64,000 nt of DNA from Polyangiales bacterium (GTDB taxonomy: Bacteria > Myxococcota_A > Polyangia > Polyangiales > Ga0077539), in NCBI GenBank assembly GCA_044229975.1, contig JBGARZ010000008.1, positions 367,408 through 431,407 of the forward strand, in the 5' to 3' direction. Positions 25,872-36,219 of this stretch are shown one piece after another. The notes under the pieces are model-generated. The model did no database searches. It was not told where the DNA came from and saw only the letters and a program-made list of their open reading frames with translations. The translations under genes and the position numbers were made by a program. The stretch's first letter is position 1; the number at the start of each line of letters is the position of its first letter.

Positions 25872-27583
25872 CGACCCGACGGCCATGGACAGCCGCGCTG
25901 CTGGCGTTCGTGTGCGCGGCGTGCGGGCTCGCTGGGGGCGACGAGGCGTCGGTGGTGCGCGGTTCGACCGATCAACGAGCGGGTCTCCCCCCGACGGTCG
26001 CCGGACGGCAGACGGCGACCCCGCCGCGGCGGGGCGAGGCGATGACCATCGTCGGCGACCCCGGGCGCGTCACGCTCCACCGCCTCAACGTCACCGAGTA
26101 CAACAACACCGTGCGCGACCTGCTCGGCACGGTCATCAACCCCTCACAGAATTTCCCCCCCGACGACTCGGGCTACGGCTTCGACAACGTGGCCGACGTG
26201 TTGAGCCTCTCGCCCCTGCACCTGGAGATGTACCAGGCCGCCGCCGAGGCGCTCTCCAACGAGGCGCTCGAAGGCAACGCGCGGGCGCGACTCGTGACCT
26301 GCGACCCGGTCGCGGTGGGCGACGACGTGTGCCTGCGGCAGGTCATCACCCGCTTCGGTCGACGCGCGTGGCGACGCCCGCTCACCGCGGCGGAGGTGAC
26401 CGAGCTCGCGGCCTTCCTCGACGTGGCGCGGATGCGCGGCGGCGGCTTCGACGACGCCATGCGCCTGGTGCTCCAGGCCATGCTGCTGTCGCAGAACTTC
26501 ATCTTCCGCGTGGAGGTCGACCCCGACCCGACCTCGGTGACGCCGCACCCGCTGGAGGCGCACGAGCTCGCCGCGCGGCTGTCGTACTTCATCTGGAGCT
26601 CGACGCCCGACGACGCCCTCCTCGACGCGGCCGACGCCGGGACGCTCAACGACCCCGCGGTGCTCCAGGGGCAGGTGAGGCGCATGCTGGCCGACCCGAA
26701 GTCCCGCGCCCTCACCGAGAACTTCTCGGCCCAGTGGCTGGGCACCCGCGCGCTCAACGACCACGCCGTCGATCTCCGGTCGTTCCCGCAGTTTCGCGCG
26801 CCGATGTTGGAGTCCTTCCGGCAGGAGACCAACCGGTACTTCGACGAGTTTCTCCACGGCGACCTCGGGATGGACCGCTTTCTCACCGCGGACTTCACCT
26901 TCGCCACCGGCGACCTCGAGCGGAACTACGGCCTGCCGTCCAGCGGCGACCCGACGCTGCGTCGCGTCTCCCTCGCGGGCACCTCGCGGGTGGGCATCGT
27001 GACCCAGGGCAGCGTGCTCACCGTGACCAGCCACTCCGATCGCACGTCGCCGGTGAAGCGCGGGCTGTGGGTGCTCTCGCAGCTCCTCTGCGCCGCGCCG
27101 CCGCCGCCGCCCGCCAACACGGCCGCGCTCGCCGAGGCCGGCGCGATGCCGACCGGAACGCTCCGTCAGCGCATGGAGCAGCACCGCCGCGACCCCGGCT
27201 GCGCGTCGTGCCACCAGACCATGGACCCCATCGGCTTCGGCTTCGAGGGCTTCGACGGCGTCGGCGTCACGCGCACCATGGACTCCGGCTTCCCCATCGA
27301 CGCCACCGGGCGACTGCCGACCGGCGAGTCCTTCGAGAGCCCGGCGCAGCTCGCGGCGATTCTCGCCAACGACCCGCGGTACTCGCGCTGCGTCGCGCGG
27401 CACCTGCTCACCTACGCCCTCGGCCGCGGGCTCGGCACCGACGACGACGCGGCCCTCGACGGCATCCAGCAGGCGTGGCGCGGCGGCGGTCTGCGCCTGC
27501 GCGACCTCGTCGAGCACGTCGCCCTGAGCGAGCCCTTCCGCCTGCGACGCGGCGACCCGACGCTCCCCGGAGAACAGCCATGA
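25868..27583 (+). CDS. DUF1587/DUF1595/DUF1592/DUF1588/DUF1585 multidomain protein
   Basis: HRLNVTEYNNTVRDL, GFDN, RAWRRPL, ELAARLSYFIWSSTPD, TSPVKRG, CASCH..MDPIGF and LTYALGR motifs. Confidence 0.9.
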   Translation: MTTRRPWTAALLAFVCAACGLAGGDEASVVRGSTDQRAGLPPTVAGRQTATPPRRGEAMTIVGDPGRVTLHRLNVTEYNNTVRDLLGTVINPSQNFPPDDSGYGFDNVADVLSLSPLHLEMYQAAAEALSNEALEGNARARLVTCDPVAVGDDVCLRQVITRFGRRAWRRPLTAAEVTELAAFLDVARMRGGGFDDAMRLVLQAMLLSQNFIFRVEVDPDPTSVTPHPLEAHELAARLSYFIWSSTPDDALLDAADAGTLNDPAVLQGQVRRMLADPKSRALTENFSAQWLGTRALNDHAVDLRSFPQFRAPMLESFRQETNRYFDEFLHGDLGMDRFLTADFTFATGDLERNYGLPSSGDPTLRRVSLAGTSRVGIVTQGSVLTVTSHSDRTSPVKRGLWVLSQLLCAAPPPPPANTAALAEAGAMPTGTLRQRMEQHRRDPGCASCHQTMDPIGFGFEGFDGVGVTRTMDSGFPIDATGRLPTGESFESPAQLAAILANDPRYSRCVARHLLTYALGRGLGTDDDAALDGIQQAWRGGGLRLRDLVEHVALSEPFRLRRGDPTLPGEQP

Positions 27584-28941
27584 TCACCCGCATGGGACGA
27601 CGCGCCTTCCTGGGCGGCGCCGCCGTCGCGCTCGCGCTCCCCGCGCTGGAGAGCCTGCTGCCGCGCGGCACGGCGCAGGCCGGCGGCATGACCATCCCCA
27701 GGCGCATGCTCGTGTACTTCGTCCCCAACGGCATGCCCATGACGTCGTGGACGCCCGCGGCTACGGGGGCCGACTTCCCGCTCTCGACCATCCTCGCGCC
27801 GCTCGCCGAGCTGCGCTCCGACGTGCAGGTGTTGACGGGCCTCGCCAACCGCCCGGCCGAGCGCGTGTACCGCGGCAGCGACGACGGCGGCGGCGACCAC
27901 GCCCGCGGCACCGGCTCCTTTCTCACCTGCACCCGCCTCCGCAAGACGAGCGGAACCAACCTCCGCAACGGCATCTCGGCCGACCAGATGGTGGCCCAGT
28001 CGCTGGCCAACGTGACGCGCTTCCCGTCGTTGCAGTTTGGCGTTCGTGGGAGCGCGGTCGTGGGCGACTGCGACGCGGGCTACTCGTGCGCGTACACGAC
28101 CAACATCACGTGGTCGAGCGCCACGCGTCCGCTCTCGCGGCTCACGACGCCGCAGGCGGCCTTCAACCGCCTCTTCGGCGGCTTCGACCTCGACGGCACG
28201 CGCGAGGAGCAGGAGCGCCGCTTGGCGTACCGCACCAGCGTGCTCGACTACGTGCACCGCGACGCGACGCGCCTCACGTCCCGCCTCGGGCAGACCGACC
28301 GCCAGAAGCTCGACGAGTACCTCACGTCGGTGCGCGAGGTGGAGCAGCGCGTGATGGGCGCGATCCCGCTGTCGGCAAGCTGCGTGATCCCCGAGGCGCC
28401 GCAGGGCACCCCCGACTACCCCCAGCACGTGCGGCTGATGGCCGACCTCATGACCGTCGCGTTTCGGTGCGACCTCACGCGGGTCTCGACCTTCATGCTC
28501 GACGGCGCCGGGGGCAACGCGCACTACCCCTTCCTCGGCATCCCCGGCGGCCACCACGACATCTCGCACCACCAGAACGACCCCGAGAAGATCCGTCAGC
28601 TCGTGACCATCGGCACCTGGGAGGTGGAGCAGTTCGCGTACCTCCTGCGGCAGCTCAAGGCCGTGCGCGAGGTCGACGGGTCGAGCCTGCTCGACCACTC
28701 CACGGTGCTGTTCTCCAGCGAGATCTCCGACAGCAACCTGCACACCCACGACAACATCCCGACGCTGCTGGCCGGCGGTTGCGGCGGGCAGTTCACGACC
28801 AACCGCCACGTCGCGTATGCGAGCGAGCGGCCGGTGGCCAACCTCTACACGGCGATGATGCGCGCGATGGGCCTGACCATCGATCGCTTCGGCGACGACG
28901 GCACCGGCGTGCTGGAGAACCTCGGCCCCATCAGCGGCTGA
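27580..28941 (+). CDS. DUF1552 (HXXSHH) Tat-exported protein
   Basis: RRAFLGG Tat signal, YFVPNG, GDHARG, GISADQ, CDLTRV, HHDISHH and SEISDSNLHTH motifs. Confidence 0.9.
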   Translation: MITRMGRRAFLGGAAVALALPALESLLPRGTAQAGGMTIPRRMLVYFVPNGMPMTSWTPAATGADFPLSTILAPLAELRSDVQVLTGLANRPAERVYRGSDDGGGDHARGTGSFLTCTRLRKTSGTNLRNGISADQMVAQSLANVTRFPSLQFGVRGSAVVGDCDAGYSCAYTTNITWSSATRPLSRLTTPQAAFNRLFGGFDLDGTREEQERRLAYRTSVLDYVHRDATRLTSRLGQTDRQKLDEYLTSVREVEQRVMGAIPLSASCVIPEAPQGTPDYPQHVRLMADLMTVAFRCDLTRVSTFMLDGAGGNAHYPFLGIPGGHHDISHHQNDPEKIRQLVTIGTWEVEQFAYLLRQLKAVREVDGSSLLDHSTVLFSSEISDSNLHTHDNIPTLLAGGCGGQFTTNRHVAYASERPVANLYTAMMRAMGLTIDRFGDDGTGVLENLGPISG

Positions 28942-28969
28942 GACGCACCCGCGCGGGGGTGCGTGATGC

Positions 28970-30157
28970 TCAGCGGCGCTTGATCTTCGGGCCGAGGAAG
29001 GTCACGCCCACGATGCGCTCCTTCTGGAGTCGCTCGACGGTGTGGGTGAGGTCTTCGGTGGTCGTGCGGCCCGCGCGCGCGGCGACGATGTACTTGTCGA
29101 TGAGCCCGTGCCACGCGAGCGTCTCGGCCGTGCCGAACACCGCCGCCGAGTCGACGATGATGTAGCGAAACTCGCGGCGGAGCTGCCCGATGAGCACCGC
29201 GGCGGCCTCCGACGAGAGGGCCGCGTGGGCGCTCGCCACGGCCGGGCCCGCGGGCATGAGGTTGAGGCTCGCCGTGATGCGGATGACGTCCACCGGGAGC
29301 GACGGATCGTTCTGCCGCGCGGCGAGCACGCTGGTGAGGCCGAGGTCGCCGTTGACGCCGAAGAGCTTGTGCTGCGCCGGGTTGCGCAGCGACGCGTCGA
29401 TGAGGAGCACCTGGATGCGCCCGCCCTCGGCGAGCGACAGCGCGAGGTTGGCCGCGGTGACGCTCTTGCCGTCGCCGTCGCGGGCCGAGGTCACCACGAT
29501 GACCTGGAGATCGGGCTCCTGCTCCAGGCGATAGCGGAGGGTGCGAAACTGCGCCGCCGCGAAGCCGTCGGGGTGCGACAGCAGCACGAGGTCTTGCGAG
29601 AAGTTGTCGACGTGCTCGGCCGGGTTGATGCGGAGCATCGAGTAGCTGGGCGGCGCCCACGAGGGAATCGCCTCGTGCGCCTGCTGCTCGCTGAAGGGGA
29701 CCAGGCCGTACTCCTGCTGGATGGTGGCGTTGGGGTCGACCACCACGCCGCCCTCGTAGTCCTGGCCGTAGACGTTGTACGGGTCGTCGGGGTTGTACTG
29801 GTTGGTGCGCGCCTCGCCGTACGACTCCATCGACGGCAGGTGCGCGCGCATCTGGTCGGCGTTGAGGGTCATCGCCTCGGACGAGTCGTCGGTGACGGGC
29901 TGCCAACCACCTGGGTTGGTGGGAAACCCGCCCGGCTCTTGATAGCCACCGCCGTTGGGGTTGAAGAGCGACGCCGCGCTGGCCACCCGCGTGGCGGCGT
30001 CGGAGTCGATGAGCTCGTGCGCGGGTGCCGGGGTCGGACCGTGCTCGGAGAAGTACCCCGCCAGGTCGTTGCGCGCCTCGCCGGGGCCGCCCCGGTTGGG
30101 CGGCGCATCCATCGTAGGAAACCGCGCAGGCGGCCTTCGGGAAGACTGATCGGCCAT
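28970..30157 (-). CDS. CpsD/CapB-family bacterial tyrosine kinase with long disordered N-terminus
   Basis: QFRTLR, VTSARDGDGKS, ANLA, LLIDASLRNP and YIIVDS motifs. Confidence 0.85.
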   Translation of the reverse strand: MADQSSRRPPARFPTMDAPPNRGGPGEARNDLAGYFSEHGPTPAPAHELIDSDAATRVASAASLFNPNGGGYQEPGGFPTNPGGWQPVTDDSSEAMTLNADQMRAHLPSMESYGEARTNQYNPDDPYNVYGQDYEGGVVVDPNATIQQEYGLVPFSEQQAHEAIPSWAPPSYSMLRINPAEHVDNFSQDLVLLSHPDGFAAAQFRTLRYRLEQEPDLQVIVVTSARDGDGKSVTAANLALSLAEGGRIQVLLIDASLRNPAQHKLFGVNGDLGLTSVLAARQNDPSLPVDVIRITASLNLMPAGPAVASAHAALSSEAAAVLIGQLRREFRYIIVDSAAVFGTAETLAWHGLIDKYIVAARAGRTTTEDLTHTVERLQKERIVGVTFLGPKIKRR

Positions 30158-30224
30158 CGTTGACGCGCTATGCCTCGTTAGGGAGGTCGAACCCTACGCG
30201 TTGACGTTGCTCCGCGTCAAACAG

Positions 30225-30950
30225 CTAACGGCCCCGGGCGCCGAGCATGACCGCGGGGGTGCGAAGCATGATCTCCAGGTCGGTCTTCACGAACGACCAG
30301 AAGTCCTCCATGCGCGCCGCGTAGGCGAGGTCGTAGAGAAGCTTGGTGCGCATGTCGTCGGCCACCGAGCCCTCCAGCTCCTCGAGCTTGAAGGGGTTGA
30401 GCAGCGTGCTCTTGAGCGTCGCGATGGCCGAGTCCTCGGGCATGCGACCGAGGTAGTCGAGGGAGATCTGCGCGAGCCCGGTGATGCCCGGCCGCATCAT
30501 GCGCGTGCGCTCCTCGAACATCGGGATGGCCGCGCAGAGGGTGCGCACCAGCTCCGGGCGCTCGGGCCGCGGACCCACGATGGACATGTCGCCGGTGAGC
30601 ACGTTGATGAACTGCGGGATCTCGTCGAGGCGCGTCTTGCGCAAGAACCTCCCGACGCGCGTGATGCGGTCGTCGTTGGTGCTCGCGAGCTTCGCCCGTC
30701 CGTCCTTCTCCGAGTCGATGCGCATCGACCGGAACTTCCACATGCGGAAGGTCGGCAGGCTCTCCCCGTTGGTCCACGAGGCCGTCGGGTGCGTGCGGCC
30801 GACGCGCTCCTGCGAGTAGAAGATGGGCCCTGGGTTGTCGACGTAGATCGCCGCCGCGAGCAGCGGATAGAGCGGCGCGGTGATGGTCAACGCCGCGGTG
30901 GCGCCCACCACGTCGACCGCACGCTTCACGACTGAGACCTTCCAATCCAT
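30225..30950 (-). CDS. Bacterial sugar transferase (polyprenyl phosphoglycosyl transferase)
   Basis: KRAVD, GPIFYSQERVG, KFRSM, DRITRVGRFLRKTRLDEIPQ, GDMSIVGPRPE and RPGITGLAQ motifs. Confidence 0.92.
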   Translation of the reverse strand: MDWKVSVVKRAVDVVGATAALTITAPLYPLLAAAIYVDNPGPIFYSQERVGRTHPTASWTNGESLPTFRMWKFRSMRIDSEKDGRAKLASTNDDRITRVGRFLRKTRLDEIPQFINVLTGDMSIVGPRPERPELVRTLCAAIPMFEERTRMMRPGITGLAQISLDYLGRMPEDSAIATLKSTLLNPFKLEELEGSVADDMRTKLLYDLAYAARMEDFWSFVKTDLEIMLRTPAVMLGARGR

Positions 30951-31031
30951 GCGGTAGCTTCCCCGGTCGTCATACCAACGCTCGCGCGACGGCGGCAAGC
31001 AATGCGCGCCTCTCACCCCGCGGAGGGCGTC

Positions 31032-31059
31032 TTGACATGCGAACGCGGATCAGTAGTCT
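31032..31059 (+). promoter_or_regulatory. Putative sigma70 promoter of rplM-rpsI
   Basis: TTGACA (31032-31037), 16-bp spacer, TAGTCT (31054-31059). Confidence 0.65.
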
Positions 31060-31144
31060 GCCGCCCTCCCGACACCCCCCCCTTCTGGTGGGCGACGTGT
31101 TGATCGTTTCCCCATAGAACTCCAGCACAGGTCGAAACCCTCCG

Positions 31145-31576
31145 ATGGACACGTTTACCGCCCCGGCCGACATCACTCGCAACTGGTACATCGTCGACGC
31201 GACCGACCGCCCCCTCGGGCGCCTCGCCAGCGACATCGCGCGGGTGCTCCGCGGCAAGCACCGCCCGACGTTCACCACCAACGTCGACACCGGTGACTTC
31301 GTGGTCGTGATCAACGCCGAGAAGGTCGCCCTCACCGGCCAGAAGCGCACCAAGAAGTTCTATTACAACTACTCCGGCACCGTCGGCGGCCTCCGCAAGC
31401 GCGCCGCGGGCGACATGCTCGACCACAAGCCCGAGTACCCCATCGAGCACGCCGTGAAGGGCATGCTGCCGCACAACCCGCTCGGCCGCGCCCAGGGCCT
31501 CAAGCTCAAGGTCTACGCCGGCGCCTCGCACCCGCACGAAGCGCAGCAGCCCCAGGCGCTCCCCCTCCAGTTCTGA
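31145..31576 (+). CDS. rplM: 50S ribosomal protein L13
   Basis: [43 protein letters not shown]. Confidence 0.98.
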   Translation: MDTFTAPADITRNWYIVDATDRPLGRLASDIARVLRGKHRPTFTTNVDTGDFVVVINAEKVALTGQKRTKKFYYNYSGTVGGLRKRAAGDMLDHKPEYPIEHAVKGMLPHNPLGRAQGLKLKVYAGASHPHEAQQPQALPLQF

Positions 31577-31602
31577 TACCGCACCCTCTGAAGGCCACCA
31601 CG

Positions 31603-31995
31603 ATGCAGACCGAACGTCACTTCTCGACCGGCAAGCGCAAGACCGCCGTCGCCCGGATCATCCTCCGCGCCGGCTCTGGCAACATCCTCGTCAACCGCCG
31701 GCCGTACGACCAGTACTTCCCCCGCCAGGCCTCGCAGCTCCTCATCCTCCAGCCCTTCGAGATCGTCGAGGCCATCGGCCGCTACGACATCGAAGCCAAC
31801 GTCGCCGGCGGTGGTCTCGCGGCCCAGGCCGACGCGGTCCGCTTCGGCATCGCCCGCGCCCTCACCTCGGCCGAAGCCGAGCGCCGCACGCCCCTCAAGC
31901 GCGCCGGTCTCCTGACCCGCGACGCCCGCAAGAAGGAGCGCAAGAAGTACGGCCAGCCCGGCGCCCGTAAGCGCTTCCAGTACTCCAAGCGCTGA
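31603..31995 (+). CDS. rpsI: 30S ribosomal protein S9
   Basis: TGKRKTAVAR, GGG..QA.A.R.GIARAL and LTRDARKKERKKYG..ARKRFQYSKR motifs. Confidence 0.98.
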   Translation: MQTERHFSTGKRKTAVARIILRAGSGNILVNRRPYDQYFPRQASQLLILQPFEIVEAIGRYDIEANVAGGGLAAQADAVRFGIARALTSAEAERRTPLKRAGLLTRDARKKERKKYGQPGARKRFQYSKR

Positions 31996-32071
31996 GCGAC
32001 CCCGCCTCGCGCTTCCCCGCCTTCCCTCTCCTTCCCCCGACAGCAACCCCTCTCCGCAACGAGGTCCACTC

Positions 32072-33130
32072 ATGGAACGTCCTCGCGCTCGCGTCGCGAT
32101 CGTCGGCGCCACGGGCTACACCGGCGCCGAGCTCCTCCGGCTGCTGCTCCAGCACCGTGGAGTGGAGATCACCGCCCTCTACGCCCGCGAGAAGCTCACG
32201 CCGCGCGTGTCGACGGTGCTGCCCGCGCTCACCGGCCTGTGCGAGCTCCCCATCGAGCCCTTCGACGCCGACGACGCCGCCCGCCGCGCCGACGTCGCGT
32301 TCTGCGCGCTGCCCCACGGCGCCTCCATCGCGTGCGTCGAAGCGCTGCGCTCGCGCGGCGTGAAGGTGCTCGACCTCTCCGCCGACTTCCGCCTGCGCGA
32401 CGCCGCCCTTTACAAGACCTGGTATGGCGCCGAGCACGCCGCTCCCGCGCGCCTCGCCGAAGCGGTGTACGGCCTGCCCGAGCTGCACCGCGAGCGCATC
32501 CGCGAGACATCGCTCGTCGCCGTCCCGGGCTGCTATCCGACGGCCTCTACGTTGCCGCTGCTGCCGCTGCTCGCCGCGGGGATGGTGCGACCCGAGCGCA
32601 TTATCATCCATGCGCTGTCGGGCGTGTCGGGGGGAGGTCGCACGCCGGGCCCCGCGTACCACTTCCCCGAGACCAGCGAAGGGGCGCGGCTCTACAAGGT
32701 CGCCGGCACGCACCGCCACACGCCCGAGATCGAGCAGGTGCTCGGTGATGTCCTGGGTGCGGCGCCGACGGTGACCTTCACGCCGACGCTCGCCCCGATG
32801 ACCCGCGGGATTCTCTCGACGCAGTACGCCGACCTCGCGCGCGAGGGCGTCACGGCCGAGATGATGGTGGCCGAGGCGCGGCGCTACTTCGCGGGCTCAC
32901 CCTCGGTCGCCGTGCTCGACCCCGGGGTGCTGCCCGACACGCTGTGGGTGCGCGGGTCCAACCGCGCGATGGTGGGCTACGCCGTCGACGCGCGGGCCGG
33001 GCGCGTGGTGGCCATGGGGGCCATCGACAACCTCGTGAAGGGCGCGTCGGGTCAGGCCATCCAGTGCATGAACCTCCTCCTCGGGCTCGATGAGGGAGAA
33101 GGGCTGCGCGGGGCGGGGATGTTCCCGTAG
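32072..33130 (+). CDS. argC: N-acetyl-gamma-glutamyl-phosphate reductase
   Basis: GATGYTGAEL, ALPHG, DLSADFRL, YGLPE, PGCYPT, HRHTPEI and IDNLVKGASGQA motifs. Confidence 0.96.
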   Translation: MERPRARVAIVGATGYTGAELLRLLLQHRGVEITALYAREKLTPRVSTVLPALTGLCELPIEPFDADDAARRADVAFCALPHGASIACVEALRSRGVKVLDLSADFRLRDAALYKTWYGAEHAAPARLAEAVYGLPELHRERIRETSLVAVPGCYPTASTLPLLPLLAAGMVRPERIIIHALSGVSGGGRTPGPAYHFPETSEGARLYKVAGTHRHTPEIEQVLGDVLGAAPTVTFTPTLAPMTRGILSTQYADLAREGVTAEMMVAEARRYFAGSPSVAVLDPGVLPDTLWVRGSNRAMVGYAVDARAGRVVAMGAIDNLVKGASGQAIQCMNLLLGLDEGEGLRGAGMFP

Positions 33131-33162
33131 AGAGCGGAGAGGTTGTGTATGCTCCCGCGTCT

Positions 33163-33834
33163 ATGGCCGTGGATTTGGAGATCATCGAAGACCTCGCCGC
33201 GCAGACCCCGAGCGACAAGGGGTACCTCAAGGTGCGGCGCTACAAGCTCCGTACGCGCTACGCCGACGGAACGCTGAGCGAGCCCTACCGCTACGACGCC
33301 GTCGACCGGGCGGCGCTCGACGCCGTGGTCGTGGTGATGTGGGCCCCGCGCGAGGGCCACCCCACCGACCCGCTGGTGTGCATGCGCAAGCAGCTGCGAC
33401 CGCCGCTGGTGTTGCGGCGCGGGCGCGAGCTCGTGCTGCCCGACGTGAGCACCGACCTCGATCTGTGGGAGCTCCCCGCGGGGCTCATCGAAGCCGACGA
33501 GCGCGGCGAGGAGGGCGTGCTGGAGTGCGCGCGACGCGAGACCGAGGAGGAGACGGGCTTCGAGCTCCCGCGGTCGGACTTCGCGCGGCTGGGCGCGCCG
33601 GTGTACCTGTCGCCAGGGATGTGCGCGGAGAAGCTGCACCTCGTGAGCGTGCGGGTGCCCGACCCGACCCGGGCCGTCGAGGCGAAGGGCGACGGGGTGC
33701 TGGAGGTCGGGTCGACCATCGAGTGGTGGCCGCTGTCCGAGTGCCTCGCGCGCGCCGCCAGGGGCGTGGTCGAAGACGCCAAGACGGAGCTCGCGCTGTG
33801 GCGCCTGCGGGCGGAGATCGAGCGCGGAGGCTGA
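33163..33834 (+). CDS. NUDIX hydrolase (ADP-ribose pyrophosphatase-like)
   Basis: ELPAGLIE...ARRETEEETG Nudix box, SPG and DAKT motifs. Confidence 0.88.
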   Translation: MAVDLEIIEDLAAQTPSDKGYLKVRRYKLRTRYADGTLSEPYRYDAVDRAALDAVVVVMWAPREGHPTDPLVCMRKQLRPPLVLRRGRELVLPDVSTDLDLWELPAGLIEADERGEEGVLECARRETEEETGFELPRSDFARLGAPVYLSPGMCAEKLHLVSVRVPDPTRAVEAKGDGVLEVGSTIEWWPLSECLARAARGVVEDAKTELALWRLRAEIERGG

Positions 33835-34763
33835 GCCGATGATCGCCCTGCGTCGCGTGCTGGTCATCGCGAAGCGCACCGCCTACGACCGGTACATCCG
33901 TCAGCAGGGCGTTCCTCGCGTGAGGGAGCTCCTCGACCGCGGGGACGTCACCGTCGCGCGGATGATGCGCTCGGACGAGCACCACCATCGCACCGTCGAG
34001 GAGGTTCAGCGCGCGCTGGAGACCGTCGGCGCGAAGGTCACGCTCCGCTACCGCGACCGCGTGGAATCGGTCGAAGCCTTCGACCTCGTGGTCACCGTCG
34101 GCGGCGACGGGACGCTCCTCTGGGTCAGCCACGGCGTCGGCGACACCCCGATGCTGGGCGTCAACTCGGCGCCCCAAGACTCCGTCGGGTTTCTCTGTGG
34201 GACGCGCATGGGCGAGGTGCTCCCCCACCTCGAAGCCATCGCGAAGGGCGCCGCGCCGCGGGTGAAGCTCGCGCGCATGCAGGTGAGCGTCGACGACGAG
34301 GTGGTGCACCGCCGCGTGCTCAACGACGTGCTCTTCGCCAACCCCCACCCGGCCCACACCTCGCGGTACCTCGTGTCGTTTCGCGGCGCGCTCGAAGAGC
34401 ACAAGTCGTCGGGCATGTGGATCTCCACCGGCGCCGGCTCCACCGCCGCCATCCGCAGCGCGGGCGGTCGGCTCCTGTCACTGCGCTCGCGGCTGTTGCA
34501 GTTCGTGGTGCGCGAGCCCTACACCGCCGACGGATCGCCCTACGCCATGCCGCGCGGGCTCGTGCACGCGGGCGAGAAGCTCGAGATCCTCAACAAGATG
34601 CGCGAGTGTCGCCTCTACATCGACGGCCCGCGGCTCTCCATCCCGGTCGACCTCGGGCAGCGGGTGAGCTTCTGCACCTCCGACGAGCCGCTCACGGTGA
34701 TGGGCGTCTCGGCCCGCGCGCTGTCCGAACGCGCGAGCCACAGCACCGTCGACGAGACGATGC

Positions 34764-36107
<1,344 letters not shown>

Positions 36108-36219
36108 GGTCGGGCACGATACGGGAGAAGCGTGTCGGTGTGCCACATCCATGACAGCCAACGCACGGGGCTCGTCAAAGGGTGTTCGCGCGCCGGGGAG
36201 GTCTGATAACGTCGTTGCG

